The notes: generated by a model not told the origin, from the sequence alone. Positions 8,370 to 19,008 are shown, numbered from the stretch's first letter. The stretch: 35,014 bases of DNA from an uncultured Chitinophaga sp. (GCA_964654705.1 CAZZLP010000001.1:1-35014); one strand, 5' to 3'. A program made the numbers and translations.

Positions 8370-10310
8370 CTAATTTACTCTCCCCTTCGCGATCTCTTCG
8401 ACCACGGCGGGATCCAGCAAGGTAGAAGTGTCACCGAGTTGAGCAAGTTCTCCTTCAGCGATCTTACGTAAGATGCGGCGCATGATCTTACCGCTGCGGG
8501 TCTTGGGCAGTCCACTTACGAATTGAATCTTATCGGGTTTGGCAATAGGACCAATTTGCTGCGAAACAGTTTGTAAAATATCACGACGCATCTGCGTCTC
8601 ATCGCCATGCAATTGTTCGACGATCACATAGGCATAAACGCCTTGTCCTTTGATCTCGTGCGGATAACCGACCACGGCACTTTCCACTACACCCGCATGC
8701 CTATTGATGGCATTCTCCACTTCGGCGGTGCCCAGTCGATGACCGCTAACATTCAATACATCGTCCACGCGACCGGTTATGCGATAGTTGCCGTTAGTAT
8801 CACGCAACGCGCCATCCCCTGTAAAATAAAGACCGGGATAAGTGGCAAAATAATTGGTGCGACACCGTTCGTGATCGCCATAGGTGGTGCGCAAAATACC
8901 CGGCCACGGAAAGCGCATGCAAAGATTTCCTTTTACGATGCCTTTTTCGTCGGGCTCCACACATTCTTTTCCGTTCTCATCGACCAAGATGGGTTGCACA
9001 CCGGGTAGCGGTAACGAAGCCCAAGCGGGAATACCAGGCGTTACACCTGCGAGATTGGAAATAAGACAACCGCCGGTCTCGGTTTGCCACCAGGTATCTA
9101 CTACGGGGCAACGGCCCTTACCTACTTGCTGGTGATACCAATGCCACGCCTCTTCATTGATGGGTTCCCCGACCGTACCGAGTACCTGCAATGAAGAAAG
9201 GTCTTTGCCTTTGAGCGGATCAAGACCGAAACTCATTAGACTGCGAATGGCAGTAGGGGCCGTATATAAAATATTCACCTTGTACTTGTCGACTATATTC
9301 CAAAACCGACCAGCATCGGGCCAAGTGGGAATGCCCTCGAACATCAGTGTGGTAGCACCGGCACTCAGCGGGCCATATAAAATATAACTGTGCCCGGTGA
9401 TCCATCCAATATCGGCGGTACAAAAATGGATCTGCCCCGGCTGGTATTGAAACACGTTCACAAACGTATAATGCGCCCAGATCATATACCCTGCTTGCGT
9501 ATGCACCACTCCCTTGGGTTTTCCGGTACTGCCCGATGTGTACAAAATAAATAACGGATCTTCTGCCTCCATCACGGCAGCAGGCAATAGTTGTTGCGGA
9601 TAGGAGGCACACTGAGCAGCGGCTGCCTGCACTTCTTCGTCCCACCAATAGTCACGTTCTTTTAACATGGATACGGGGGTATGCGTGCGGGCATACACTA
9701 AAACAGTAGTTACCTGATGAGGAGCATGGAGCGCCTCATCGATGACCGCTTTGAGCGGAATATCCTTTGCACCGCGAAAAGCGCCGTCGCAGGTGATGAT
9801 ACAAGTAGCACCCGCATCTTGCAAACGGTCGCTGATACTTTGCGCCGAGAACCCTCCGAAGATCACACTGTGAATGGCGCCGATGCGCGCACAGGCGAGT
9901 ACGGCAATAGCGAGTTCGGGTATCATTCCCATATAAATACATACACGATCTCCCTTGCGTACCCCGCGATTGAGCAACACTTGAGCCACTAACGAAACCT
10001 CTTGGGCCAATTGACGATAAGTGAGCGTGCGCGAAGGTTGCTGTGGATCGTTAGGCTCCCAAATTATAGCGGGCTGATCGGACTTGTCTGGTAAATGCCG
10101 ATCTAAACAATTTTCGGTGATGTTGAGTTGCGCTCCGCTAAACCAGTTGACGCGTGGCTCGGTAAAATTCCAGTCGAGCACACGATCCCACTTTTTTTTC
10201 CAAACAAAATGATCGGCGATCTCGCTCCAAAAACCTTCGGGATCTTGTACGCTGCGAGCATAATTCTGGTGATACTGCGCTGGAGTGTTGATCTGATACG
10301 GATACGACAT
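8370..10310 (-). CDS. acs: Acetate--CoA ligase (AMP-forming acetyl-CoA synthetase)
   Basis: YTSGSTGKPKG, TADIGWITGHSY, DTWWQTETG, GRVDDVLNVSGHR and PKTRSGKIMRR. Start taken at MSYPYQ. Confidence 0.96.
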   Translation of the reverse strand: MSYPYQINTPAQYHQNYARSVQDPEGFWSEIADHFVWKKKWDRVLDWNFTEPRVNWFSGAQLNITENCLDRHLPDKSDQPAIIWEPNDPQQPSRTLTYRQLAQEVSLVAQVLLNRGVRKGDRVCIYMGMIPELAIAVLACARIGAIHSVIFGGFSAQSISDRLQDAGATCIITCDGAFRGAKDIPLKAVIDEALHAPHQVTTVLVYARTHTPVSMLKERDYWWDEEVQAAAAQCASYPQQLLPAAVMEAEDPLFILYTSGSTGKPKGVVHTQAGYMIWAHYTFVNVFQYQPGQIHFCTADIGWITGHSYILYGPLSAGATTLMFEGIPTWPDAGRFWNIVDKYKVNILYTAPTAIRSLMSFGLDPLKGKDLSSLQVLGTVGEPINEEAWHWYHQQVGKGRCPVVDTWWQTETGGCLISNLAGVTPGIPAWASLPLPGVQPILVDENGKECVEPDEKGIVKGNLCMRFPWPGILRTTYGDHERCRTNYFATYPGLYFTGDGALRDTNGNYRITGRVDDVLNVSGHRLGTAEVENAINRHAGVVESAVVGYPHEIKGQGVYAYVIVEQLHGDETQMRRDILQTVSQQIGPIAKPDKIQFVSGLPKTRSGKIMRRILRKIAEGELAQLGDTSTLLDPAVVEEIAKGRVN

Positions 10311-10395
10311 GGCGGGGATATGGATGTACAATAAAAATAACGACAAAATGTAAACGGTCAGTCAGATCGGGTATTGGGGCAGTGCAGGCTATCGA

Positions 10396-11580
10396 TTATC
10401 CCTCAAAAGATGTTTTACCAGCACCAATTAGCTTAAAGGCCAGCAATCCCAGTAGCGCGGCGCAAGTAGAGGCAATCAATATGGCCAGCTTGGTACTGAC
10501 CACGGTTGGCGTATCCGTAAAAGCCAGCAGCGTAATAAAGATCGACATGGTAAATCCGATCCCGGCCAGCAGACCCACCGCAGCAATATGCTTCCACGAA
10601 ACATCCGTAGGCAACTGCGACCACCCGGCACTAATGGCTAATCGACAAAAAAGTAAAATGCCCAATGGTTTGCCAATGACCAATCCACTCATAATGCCAA
10701 GGCTATTGATCGACAGCAGGGTAACGGGCAAATCGGCGCTGAGTATTATACCCGTATTGGCGAGTGCAAATAACGGAACAATAAAAAATGCGGTCAGCGG
10801 ATGAAGCGCCTGTTGCAAGCGGGCCGAGATCGAGCGATCACCACCGGTACCAAAAGGGATGGCAAAGGCAAGTAACACGCCGCTGATCGTGGCATGCACC
10901 CCCGAGCGAAACATACAATACCACATTAGCCCGCCTCCCAACAGGTATATGGGCAATACCGAAAATCCTTTTTTCCCTGCCATAAAAAGTACGGCAAAGA
11001 TGCCGAGGGCAGCCAGCAGGTAGGCGATCGAAAGTTGATCGGTATAAAAAAGCGCGATCACCAAAATGGCCCCCAGATCATCTATAATGGCCAGCGCTGC
11101 TAAAAATACCTTGAGAGCCGGAGGCACGGCCTTTCCCGCCAACGATAAAATACCGAGTGCAAAGGCGATGTCGGTGGCCATGGGTATGCCGAAACCATCG
11201 GCATAGGGGGTGCCCCTGTTAAAGAGGAAGTGGATCAGGGCGGGCAGTAACATGCCTCCCACTGCCGCCATGATGGGTAAAAAAGCCTGCCGGAATTTGG
11301 AGAGCTCCCCGATGTAGATCTCCCTTTCGATCTCGAGCCCGACCAGCAAAAAGAAGACGGCCATGAGTCCGTCGTTGATCCATTGCTCGAGGGTCAGGGG
11401 GCCAAGATGCGTATGCCATAGGTGGGCATAGGCCGAACCCCCTGCACTATTGGCAATGATCAGCGACAACAGGGTACACCCGATCAATATAAACCCGGAG
11501 GCTTTTTCGCTACGGAAAAAGTCTAAAAAGACCCGGGAAAGAACCGGCTGCCTACTGGTGCGCATGGAGGAGGCCGACAT
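10396..11580 (-). CDS. nhaA: Na+/H+ antiporter NhaA
   Basis: WINDGLMAVFFLLVGLEIERE, GIPMATDIAFALG, LAIIDDLGA, SGVHAT and AGIGFTMSIFI. Confidence 0.96.
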   Translation of the reverse strand: MSASSMRTSRQPVLSRVFLDFFRSEKASGFILIGCTLLSLIIANSAGGSAYAHLWHTHLGPLTLEQWINDGLMAVFFLLVGLEIEREIYIGELSKFRQAFLPIMAAVGGMLLPALIHFLFNRGTPYADGFGIPMATDIAFALGILSLAGKAVPPALKVFLAALAIIDDLGAILVIALFYTDQLSIAYLLAALGIFAVLFMAGKKGFSVLPIYLLGGGLMWYCMFRSGVHATISGVLLAFAIPFGTGGDRSISARLQQALHPLTAFFIVPLFALANTGIILSADLPVTLLSINSLGIMSGLVIGKPLGILLFCRLAISAGWSQLPTDVSWKHIAAVGLLAGIGFTMSIFITLLAFTDTPTVVSTKLAILIASTCAALLGLLAFKLIGAGKTSFEG

Positions 11581-11687
11581 AGAATACTCCTTTATTAACT
11601 ACTTGTAAAACAATAAAATAACAATTAAATTTAGTGAAATATCTTCAAAAAAACAGGTTTATATGACAATAAAGTGACTAGGGTTTT

Positions 11688-11717
11688 TTTGTGTACTTGG
11701 CGACAGAGTTATCTTTG
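11688..11717 (+). promoter_or_regulatory. Bacteroidota promoter (-33 TTTG at 11688-11691, -7 TATCTTTG at 11710-11717) for the small ORF/exporter operon
   Basis: Both consensus elements present with an 18-nt spacer. The ATG at 11726 follows 8 nt after the -7 element. Confidence 0.72.
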
Positions 11718-11725
11718 CAATCGAT

Positions 11726-12025
11726 ATGAAAATCGTGGCCCTTTTTTTACTGTTGACCTTTTCCGGAACTATCCTGCTTCCGGTGGCCATGTCGTTGACG
11801 AAGCAAAATCAAGTAAGTCTCTTTATTGTTGATGAAGAAAAAAGCAACAATACAGGGCAGTTCAACGAGATCAAAGTACAAAAACAAGATTACAGCGGCC
11901 TTTATTTGACCTCAATGATGGCGATCGCCGACAACACGTCGCAGCTGCCTGGCGATGGTCGACGCTGTTCGCTTCCGCCCTCCCCTTATCTGGAATATGT
12001 AGCCCCTCCTCCCAACGTTTGCTGA
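11726..12025 (+). CDS. Small hypothetical protein with N-terminal hydrophobic helix and C-terminal Pro-rich motif (candidate leader/monitor peptide)
   Basis: 99-aa ORF directly after a consensus promoter. MKIVALFLLLTFSGTILLPVAM, then acidic DEEK, ending LPPSPYLEYVAPPPNVC. Confidence 0.72.
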   Translation: MKIVALFLLLTFSGTILLPVAMSLTKQNQVSLFIVDEEKSNNTGQFNEIKVQKQDYSGLYLTSMMAIADNTSQLPGDGRRCSLPPSPYLEYVAPPPNVC

Positions 12026-12101
12026 TGTTCGTTTGTTAAAGTCCGTGGTGTGCCATGAACACCGGGCTTGATCGTTTCAACTTATCATCAACCAAAGCAA
12101 A

Positions 12102-13763
12102 ATGGGAAAAGTAAAAAGTCCGATTACAAGAATTTTAGACCTGGTCAAATTAGAAAAGGGAGAGATCTCTGCGATCTACTTCTACGCCATCCTCAATGGA
12201 TTGATCTTACTGACGGTACCCCTGGGGGTACAATCTATTGTGGGTTTCGTACTGGGTGCCTCGTTTAGAGCATCGATCTATGTGCTGATCTTTTTAGTGG
12301 TGCTGGCGGTGTTAATCTCGGGCCTGATGCAAGTGAATCAAATGAAGATCATCGAAAAGATCCAGCAACGCATTTTCGTACGCTATGCCTTTGCTTACAC
12401 CGATACCATCCCTCGACTCGATCTTAAAAAGAACGACGGGGTTTATTTACCTGAGCTAATCAACCGTTTCTTTGATACGGCCACCTTGCAAAAAAGCTTG
12501 TCCAAGATACTACTGGAAATTCCGACCGCAACGATTCAGATCTTTTTTGGACTGCTGCTCCTTTCATTTTATCACCCCACCTTTATCGTATTCTCGATCG
12601 TGGTCTTATCGCTGCTCTGGGCCATTCTATATTTTACCGGAAGCAAAGGACTCGAAAGCAGTCTTCGCGAGAGCACCAACAAATACAAAGTAGCAGCCTG
12701 GCTCGAAGAGATGGCCAGGGTAATAAAGACGATCAAGATTGCTACACTCAATGGGCTGCACCTTAAAAAAACCGATGAGGCCACGGTAGAGTACCTGGAT
12801 GCCCGTAACGAACACTTTAAGATATTATTATTGCAATACCGTACGCTGGTGGCTTTTAAAACCACCATTACAGCGGCTATGTTGATCTTTGGATCGATAT
12901 TACTCGTCAACCAGCAACTGAATATCGGTCAGTTCATTGCTGCCGAAATTGTTATTCTGACCATTTTGAATTCGGTAGAAAAACTCATCATCAATCTCGA
13001 TAGCGTCTATGATACGCTGACCGCCGTCGATAAACTGGGTAAGTTAACCGACAAACCGGTAGAGCAGTTTGGGCAAATTCCGCTAACGAGTACTTCGCAA
13101 GGTGTCAAGATCGAAGCTCGCGAGCTGACCTTTAGTTACCCCGATCGTCCCCCTATTTTTGACAAGATCGAATTTACCGTAATGCCCGGTCAGCATGTTT
13201 GCGTTATGGGTAAGGGCGGAACGGGTAAATCAACCTTGTTACGTTTGCTCGATGGAGCTTTTTCTGATTTTGAGGGAATCTTGAAGATAGATGATATTCC
13301 CCTTCGCAACTATGAGCTGACCTCGCTTCGTTCGAACATTGGGATAGTACTACATCAAGACGACATATTCGCAGGTACACTTTGGGAAAACATAACGATG
13401 GGCAGAGAAGGAATCGACATCAAGCGCGTGGTAGAACTACTCGATAAACTGGGATTGAGCTCCTACTTTGCCAGCTTACCGCTTGGATTTGATACGGTAC
13501 TGGACCCGATGGGGCAGCGTTTACCCGAGCAGATTATCCATAACATTATGCTGGTGAGAGCGGTGGCGGGATCGCCCCGATTACTGTTGCTCGAAGAACC
13601 CTGGAGTGGAATGGAAGACAGCAACAGAGCACAAATTATACAGCTGTTAGCAACACTCAAGAACGTTACGACCATCGTTGTAAGTAACGATGATGAATTT
13701 GCTGCCACCTGCGACCAGACCTTTTATATGGCTGGAGATGGAAGTCTTACCAAAACTAAATAA
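12102..13763 (+). CDS. ABC exporter, fused TMD-NBD (T1SS/HlyB-like, no C39 domain, degenerate NBD)
   Basis: Multi-pass N-terminal membrane domain and Walker A GKGGTGKST. Signature region reads GQRLPEQI, Walker B LLLLEEP, switch region VSND. Confidence 0.88.
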   Translation: MGKVKSPITRILDLVKLEKGEISAIYFYAILNGLILLTVPLGVQSIVGFVLGASFRASIYVLIFLVVLAVLISGLMQVNQMKIIEKIQQRIFVRYAFAYTDTIPRLDLKKNDGVYLPELINRFFDTATLQKSLSKILLEIPTATIQIFFGLLLLSFYHPTFIVFSIVVLSLLWAILYFTGSKGLESSLRESTNKYKVAAWLEEMARVIKTIKIATLNGLHLKKTDEATVEYLDARNEHFKILLLQYRTLVAFKTTITAAMLIFGSILLVNQQLNIGQFIAAEIVILTILNSVEKLIINLDSVYDTLTAVDKLGKLTDKPVEQFGQIPLTSTSQGVKIEARELTFSYPDRPPIFDKIEFTVMPGQHVCVMGKGGTGKSTLLRLLDGAFSDFEGILKIDDIPLRNYELTSLRSNIGIVLHQDDIFAGTLWENITMGREGIDIKRVVELLDKLGLSSYFASLPLGFDTVLDPMGQRLPEQIIHNIMLVRAVAGSPRLLLLEEPWSGMEDSNRAQIIQLLATLKNVTTIVVSNDDEFAATCDQTFYMAGDGSLTKTK

Positions 13764-13774
13764 GAAGCTACTCC

Positions 13775-15103
13775 ATGAACAACGAAAACTATACAGCACA
13801 CAAAAAGATCTACCGCTACGACCGCGAGAGCCGCGTGCGCTATTGGTTCTACGGTATTTTGTTGGGTCTAATCATTATCCTTTTCTTGCCCTGGACGCAG
13901 AACATTCGCAGCCGGGGGTTGGTCACTACTTTGTATCAAGATCAGCGCCCGCAACAAGTTAATACGATCATCGGAGGACAGGTCATCAAATGGCATGTTA
14001 AAGAAGGCGATGTAGTAAAAGCAGGTGATACGTTGGTTCAACTTTCAGAGGTAAAAGTGGACTACCTCGATCCGCAACTACTTAACAGAACCATGGAGCA
14101 GGTCAAAGGGAAGGAACAGTCCATCGATTTTTATCAGAACAAAGCCCAAGCCGCCGAAAAACAGATCGCTGCCCTCAATAGCGGACTGACCTTAAAATTG
14201 GAGCAGCTTCGTAACAAGATCGTACAGTTGCAATTAAAGGTGCAGGCCGACAGCGCGGAGACCATTGCGGCCCAAAACGACCTCAACATCGGTAAGCTGC
14301 AATTCGATCGTCAGCGCGCCCTCTTTGACAGCGGACTGGTATCCCTCACACAAGTAGAACAACGCAACCAGACCTATCAATCGGCCCTGGCCAAAAAGAT
14401 CGCTGCCGATAATCGGCTGGCCAACACCCGGCAAGAGTTGACCATTACCACCATCGAAATGAATGCGCAGCTGCAAGAGAACAGAGAAAAAGTGGCCAAG
14501 GCAGAAGGTGACCGCTTTCAATCATTGACCGAAGTAGCCGGCGGACAAGTTGATGTAGCCAAATTGCGTAACCTATACGCCAGCTACAGCATCCGGAATG
14601 GCATGTATTATATACTGGCCCCTCAAAGCGGACAAGTGATCAGTGCACGCAAAGCAGGTATTGGCGAATACGTTAAAGAGGGAGAAATGATCGTAGAGAT
14701 CGTTCCGGAAAAATTCGTATACGCCGTAGAGATGTTCGTGCGCCCCCTTGATATTCCGCTAATTTCGCCCGGACAAAAAGTACGTTTTCTCTTTGATGGC
14801 TTTCCGGCGATCGTATTTAGCGGATGGCCCAATGCCTCTTATGGTACTTTCGGAGGAATCGTTGTTGCCGTAGAAAGAAATACCAGCCAGACCGGAAAGT
14901 TCAGAGTGCTGATCAAAGAAGATCCCAACGACAAACCCTGGCCCGACCAGTTGCAAGTGGGTGCCGGTGCACAAGGCATCGCCCTACTCAAAGATGTACC
15001 CATCTGGTATGAACTCTGGCGAAACATCAACGGTTTTCCGGCCGATTACTATAAGCCACAGCAACAGAGCAACGAAAAAGCCACCAAACCGACCACCCCA
15101 TGA
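13775..15103 (+). CDS. HlyD-family membrane fusion protein
   Basis: Single N-terminal TM (ILFLPWTQ), lipoyl half-motif VKEGDVVKAGDTL, long coiled coil, and APQSGQV...GEYVKEG. Confidence 0.92.
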   Translation: MNNENYTAHKKIYRYDRESRVRYWFYGILLGLIIILFLPWTQNIRSRGLVTTLYQDQRPQQVNTIIGGQVIKWHVKEGDVVKAGDTLVQLSEVKVDYLDPQLLNRTMEQVKGKEQSIDFYQNKAQAAEKQIAALNSGLTLKLEQLRNKIVQLQLKVQADSAETIAAQNDLNIGKLQFDRQRALFDSGLVSLTQVEQRNQTYQSALAKKIAADNRLANTRQELTITTIEMNAQLQENREKVAKAEGDRFQSLTEVAGGQVDVAKLRNLYASYSIRNGMYYILAPQSGQVISARKAGIGEYVKEGEMIVEIVPEKFVYAVEMFVRPLDIPLISPGQKVRFLFDGFPAIVFSGWPNASYGTFGGIVVAVERNTSQTGKFRVLIKEDPNDKPWPDQLQVGAGAQGIALLKDVPIWYELWRNINGFPADYYKPQQQSNEKATKPTTP

Positions 15104-16575
15104 CGCTTTCGCCGCATCGATCTATACGCTTACTTATTGTTTACTGGGGACTGCTTTGCACGGCACTGCCTTTGTTCGCTCAGCAATCTAGAGCCCCGAA
15201 AGGAGACTTGTCTTCGCAGGTGGTTAAGGGTCGTTCTGAAAAGACCTTATCGGCCGATGAAGTGATGCAACTGGTAAGACAGTTTCACCCAGTAGCGAAA
15301 CAGGCAGGTATACAAGTGCAGCAGGCAGCCGCAAAGTTATTGGCGGCCAGAGGGGGTTTTGATCCAGTTATCTCACAACGATTAGCACAAAAGACCTTTG
15401 ATGGTACGGCTTACTATGACTACAACAATCCGGAGCTTACCATTCCTACCTGGTTCGGTGTTGAAGTAAAGGCCGGTGTTGAGACGCTCAATGGAAATCG
15501 CGTCAATACCAGCGAAACGGCAGGAACGAGTAACTATGTAGGCATCAGTGTTCCGTTGGGGCGAGACTTGTTGATGGATAAACGCAGGGCCGTATTGCAA
15601 ATGGCCAAAGTAATGCGTGAGGCCTCTTATGCAGAACAAAGACGCATGCTGAATGACCTATTGCTGGACGCCCAAAAAGCCTATTGGAGCTGGTACAAGA
15701 GCTACCAGATCTTATTGGTGTTTAACGAGGCCGTCGGCGTCAACGAAATTCGATTGGCCTTTGTGCGGTCCGCTTTTCGCCTGGGCGATCGTCCGGCCCT
15801 CGATACGACCGAGGCACTGGCTCAATTGCAACAACTGCAGGTACAACAACAAGCGGCAAAACTGGAACTGCGTAACAGCCAACTGGAACTTTCCGTTTTT
15901 CTGTGGACTCCCGAAGAAAATCCGTATTTGCTTCCCGACGAGATCGCCCCACTGATTCCGGGTGGCGAGCAAACCCTCGAAAATCAGCCTATACCCGTAC
16001 TGGATAGTCTGCTGGTAATGGCCAGAAAAAATCACCCTGAACTCTTACTCTATAACTTCAAGTTGCAAACGTTGTCGATCGAAAAGCGTTATCGCCTTCA
16101 GCAACTATTGCCACAAGCCGATCTGCAATACAATTTCTTACAAGAGGGCAATCGTTTTGCCAATATCATCAAGGCTCCCCTTTTTGATAATAACTTTCAA
16201 TACGGTCTAAAGATGAGTATACCGATCCGTCTTTCGGCCGAACGTGGTAACTACCGAAACACCAAACTCACCATCAACTCGGTACGGTTAGAACAAGACC
16301 TCAAGACCATAGAAATCGAGAATAAGGTCAAGGCCTCCTTTAACGAACTGGTCAATCTTCGCACACAGGTGGCCCTGCAGACCAAGGCTTATGCGAACTA
16401 CTTTTTACTGCAACGTGGAGAAGAAACGCGTTTCAGTATCGGAGAGAGTTCGCTGTTTTTGGTCAATGCCCGCGAGAATAAACGACTGGAAGCCTTACAA
16501 AAGTTACAGGAGTTAAAGGCCAAGCTGGCACTCGCCGGGTATCAGCTTAGCTGGGCCGCTGGCCGCATTGAATAA
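15100..16575 (+). CDS. TolC-family outer-membrane efflux protein
   Basis: Signal-like N-terminus, ARGGFDP, LLPQADLQY and RFSIGESSLFLVNARE. ATGA overlap with the HlyD gene. Confidence 0.9.
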   Translation: MTLSPHRSIRLLIVYWGLLCTALPLFAQQSRAPKGDLSSQVVKGRSEKTLSADEVMQLVRQFHPVAKQAGIQVQQAAAKLLAARGGFDPVISQRLAQKTFDGTAYYDYNNPELTIPTWFGVEVKAGVETLNGNRVNTSETAGTSNYVGISVPLGRDLLMDKRRAVLQMAKVMREASYAEQRRMLNDLLLDAQKAYWSWYKSYQILLVFNEAVGVNEIRLAFVRSAFRLGDRPALDTTEALAQLQQLQVQQQAAKLELRNSQLELSVFLWTPEENPYLLPDEIAPLIPGGEQTLENQPIPVLDSLLVMARKNHPELLLYNFKLQTLSIEKRYRLQQLLPQADLQYNFLQEGNRFANIIKAPLFDNNFQYGLKMSIPIRLSAERGNYRNTKLTINSVRLEQDLKTIEIENKVKASFNELVNLRTQVALQTKAYANYFLLQRGEETRFSIGESSLFLVNARENKRLEALQKLQELKAKLALAGYQLSWAAGRIE

Positions 16576-16595
16576 TAGAATGCGTTTCTGTTCGT

Positions 16596-16603
16596 TACCT
16601 TAG
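16596..16603 (+). promoter_or_regulatory. Variant -7 element TACCTTAG for gldA
   Basis: TAnnTTnG variant 4 nt upstream of the ATG at 16608. Confidence 0.5.
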
Positions 16604-16607
16604 CGGT

Positions 16608-17330
16608 ATGTCTATTGAGGTTCACCAACTGGTCAAGCAATACGGAACGCAGCGGGCCGTAGATTCGATATCATTCACCATTCAGCGGGGAGAGATCGTA
16701 GGATTTCTGGGACCCAACGGGGCCGGAAAATCCACGACCATGAAGATGCTGGCGGGCTATCTTTCTCCCGACAGCGGTTCGGCCTACATCGGTGGCATAG
16801 CCGTAGCGCAACATCCGATCGAAGCACGCAAGAAGATCGGCTACCTGACCGAACTCAATGCGCTTTATTATGACATGTTCGTGCGCGAATACCTGCTGTT
16901 TATTGCTGCACTGCAAGCAGTATCCGATGCCAAAGCCGCGGTCGAAAAAGTAATTTCACAAACCGGGCTTCGACCTGAATCACATAAACGTATCGCTGAA
17001 CTTTCTAAGGGATACAAACAACGAGTGGGGCTGGCCGCTGCCCTATTACATGACCCCGAAGTGCTGATGCTGGATGAGCCTACCTCGGGCCTTGACCCTA
17101 ATCAACTGGTAGAGATTCGCGAATTGATCAGATCGAGCGGAGCCAACAAAACCGTGCTTTTTTCGACCCATATTTTGCAAGAGGCCGAGGCTATTTGCGA
17201 TCGGGTCATCATTATTCATAAGGGCAAGATAGTAGCCGACAGTTTGCTGAGCGAACTACACAAAAAAGTATCTTTGCCGAGCGAGGGCATGAGTCTGGAA
17301 GAAATTTTTCGCTACCTGACCTCCCTCTGA
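16608..17330 (+). CDS. gldA: ABC transporter ATP-binding protein, GldA-like (short form)
   Basis: MSIEV..K.YG.Q.A N-terminus, GFLGPNGAGKSTTMK, LSKGYKQRVGLA, DEPTSGLDPNQL, STHILQE and C-terminal SLEEIFRYLT. Confidence 0.75.
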   Translation: MSIEVHQLVKQYGTQRAVDSISFTIQRGEIVGFLGPNGAGKSTTMKMLAGYLSPDSGSAYIGGIAVAQHPIEARKKIGYLTELNALYYDMFVREYLLFIAALQAVSDAKAAVEKVISQTGLRPESHKRIAELSKGYKQRVGLAAALLHDPEVLMLDEPTSGLDPNQLVEIRELIRSSGANKTVLFSTHILQEAEAICDRVIIIHKGKIVADSLLSELHKKVSLPSEGMSLEEIFRYLTSL

Positions 17331-17343
17331 TCTCTTACACTAA

Positions 17344-18651
<1,308 letters not shown>

Positions 18652-18690
18652 TTCGGGGCAATTGAGCCGCTCATTACCTTTACGTACAGC

Positions 18691-19008
18691 ATGCAACAGG
18701 TTTTAAATACCATCCCCGCCTGGGTCAAAAGCAAGTATGTGATAAGTACGGTCGCCTTTTTGGCAGTGATCGTTTTTCTGGACAAGAACGACCTGTTTAC
18801 CCAGCTCGATCGTAAACGCGAACTACGTGAATTGCAGCAAACTAAGGCGCATTATTCGACCCAGATCGAAGCCGAGAAAAAGGAGCTTGAACAGTTAAAG
18901 AACGACCCTGCCACCATCGAAAAATATGCCCGCGAAAAGTATCTGATGAAAAGGGATAACGAGGACCTTTTTCTTATCGCTCCCAAACCCGCCGCAGGCA
19001 GTCGCTGA
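18691..19008 (+). CDS. ftsB: Septum formation initiator (FtsB/DivIC family)
   Basis: One TM helix, a coiled coil and IEKYAREKYLMKRDNE. Located downstream of eno. Confidence 0.82.
   Translation: MQQVLNTIPAWVKSKYVISTVAFLAVIVFLDKNDLFTQLDRKRELRELQQTKAHYSTQIEAEKKELEQLKNDPATIEKYAREKYLMKRDNEDLFLIAPKPAAGSR

Noticed and set aside
12068-12268. 66-aa ORF overlapping the ABC gene start
   Set aside because: It has a TTG start, is out of frame with the ABC gene, and has no supporting signals.
16608-17330. GldA-like ATPase as the missing catalytic partner of the degenerate exporter
   Set aside because: It belongs to a different ABC class (ABC-2-type soluble NBD) and has its own promoter-like element, so the adjacency is probably incidental.
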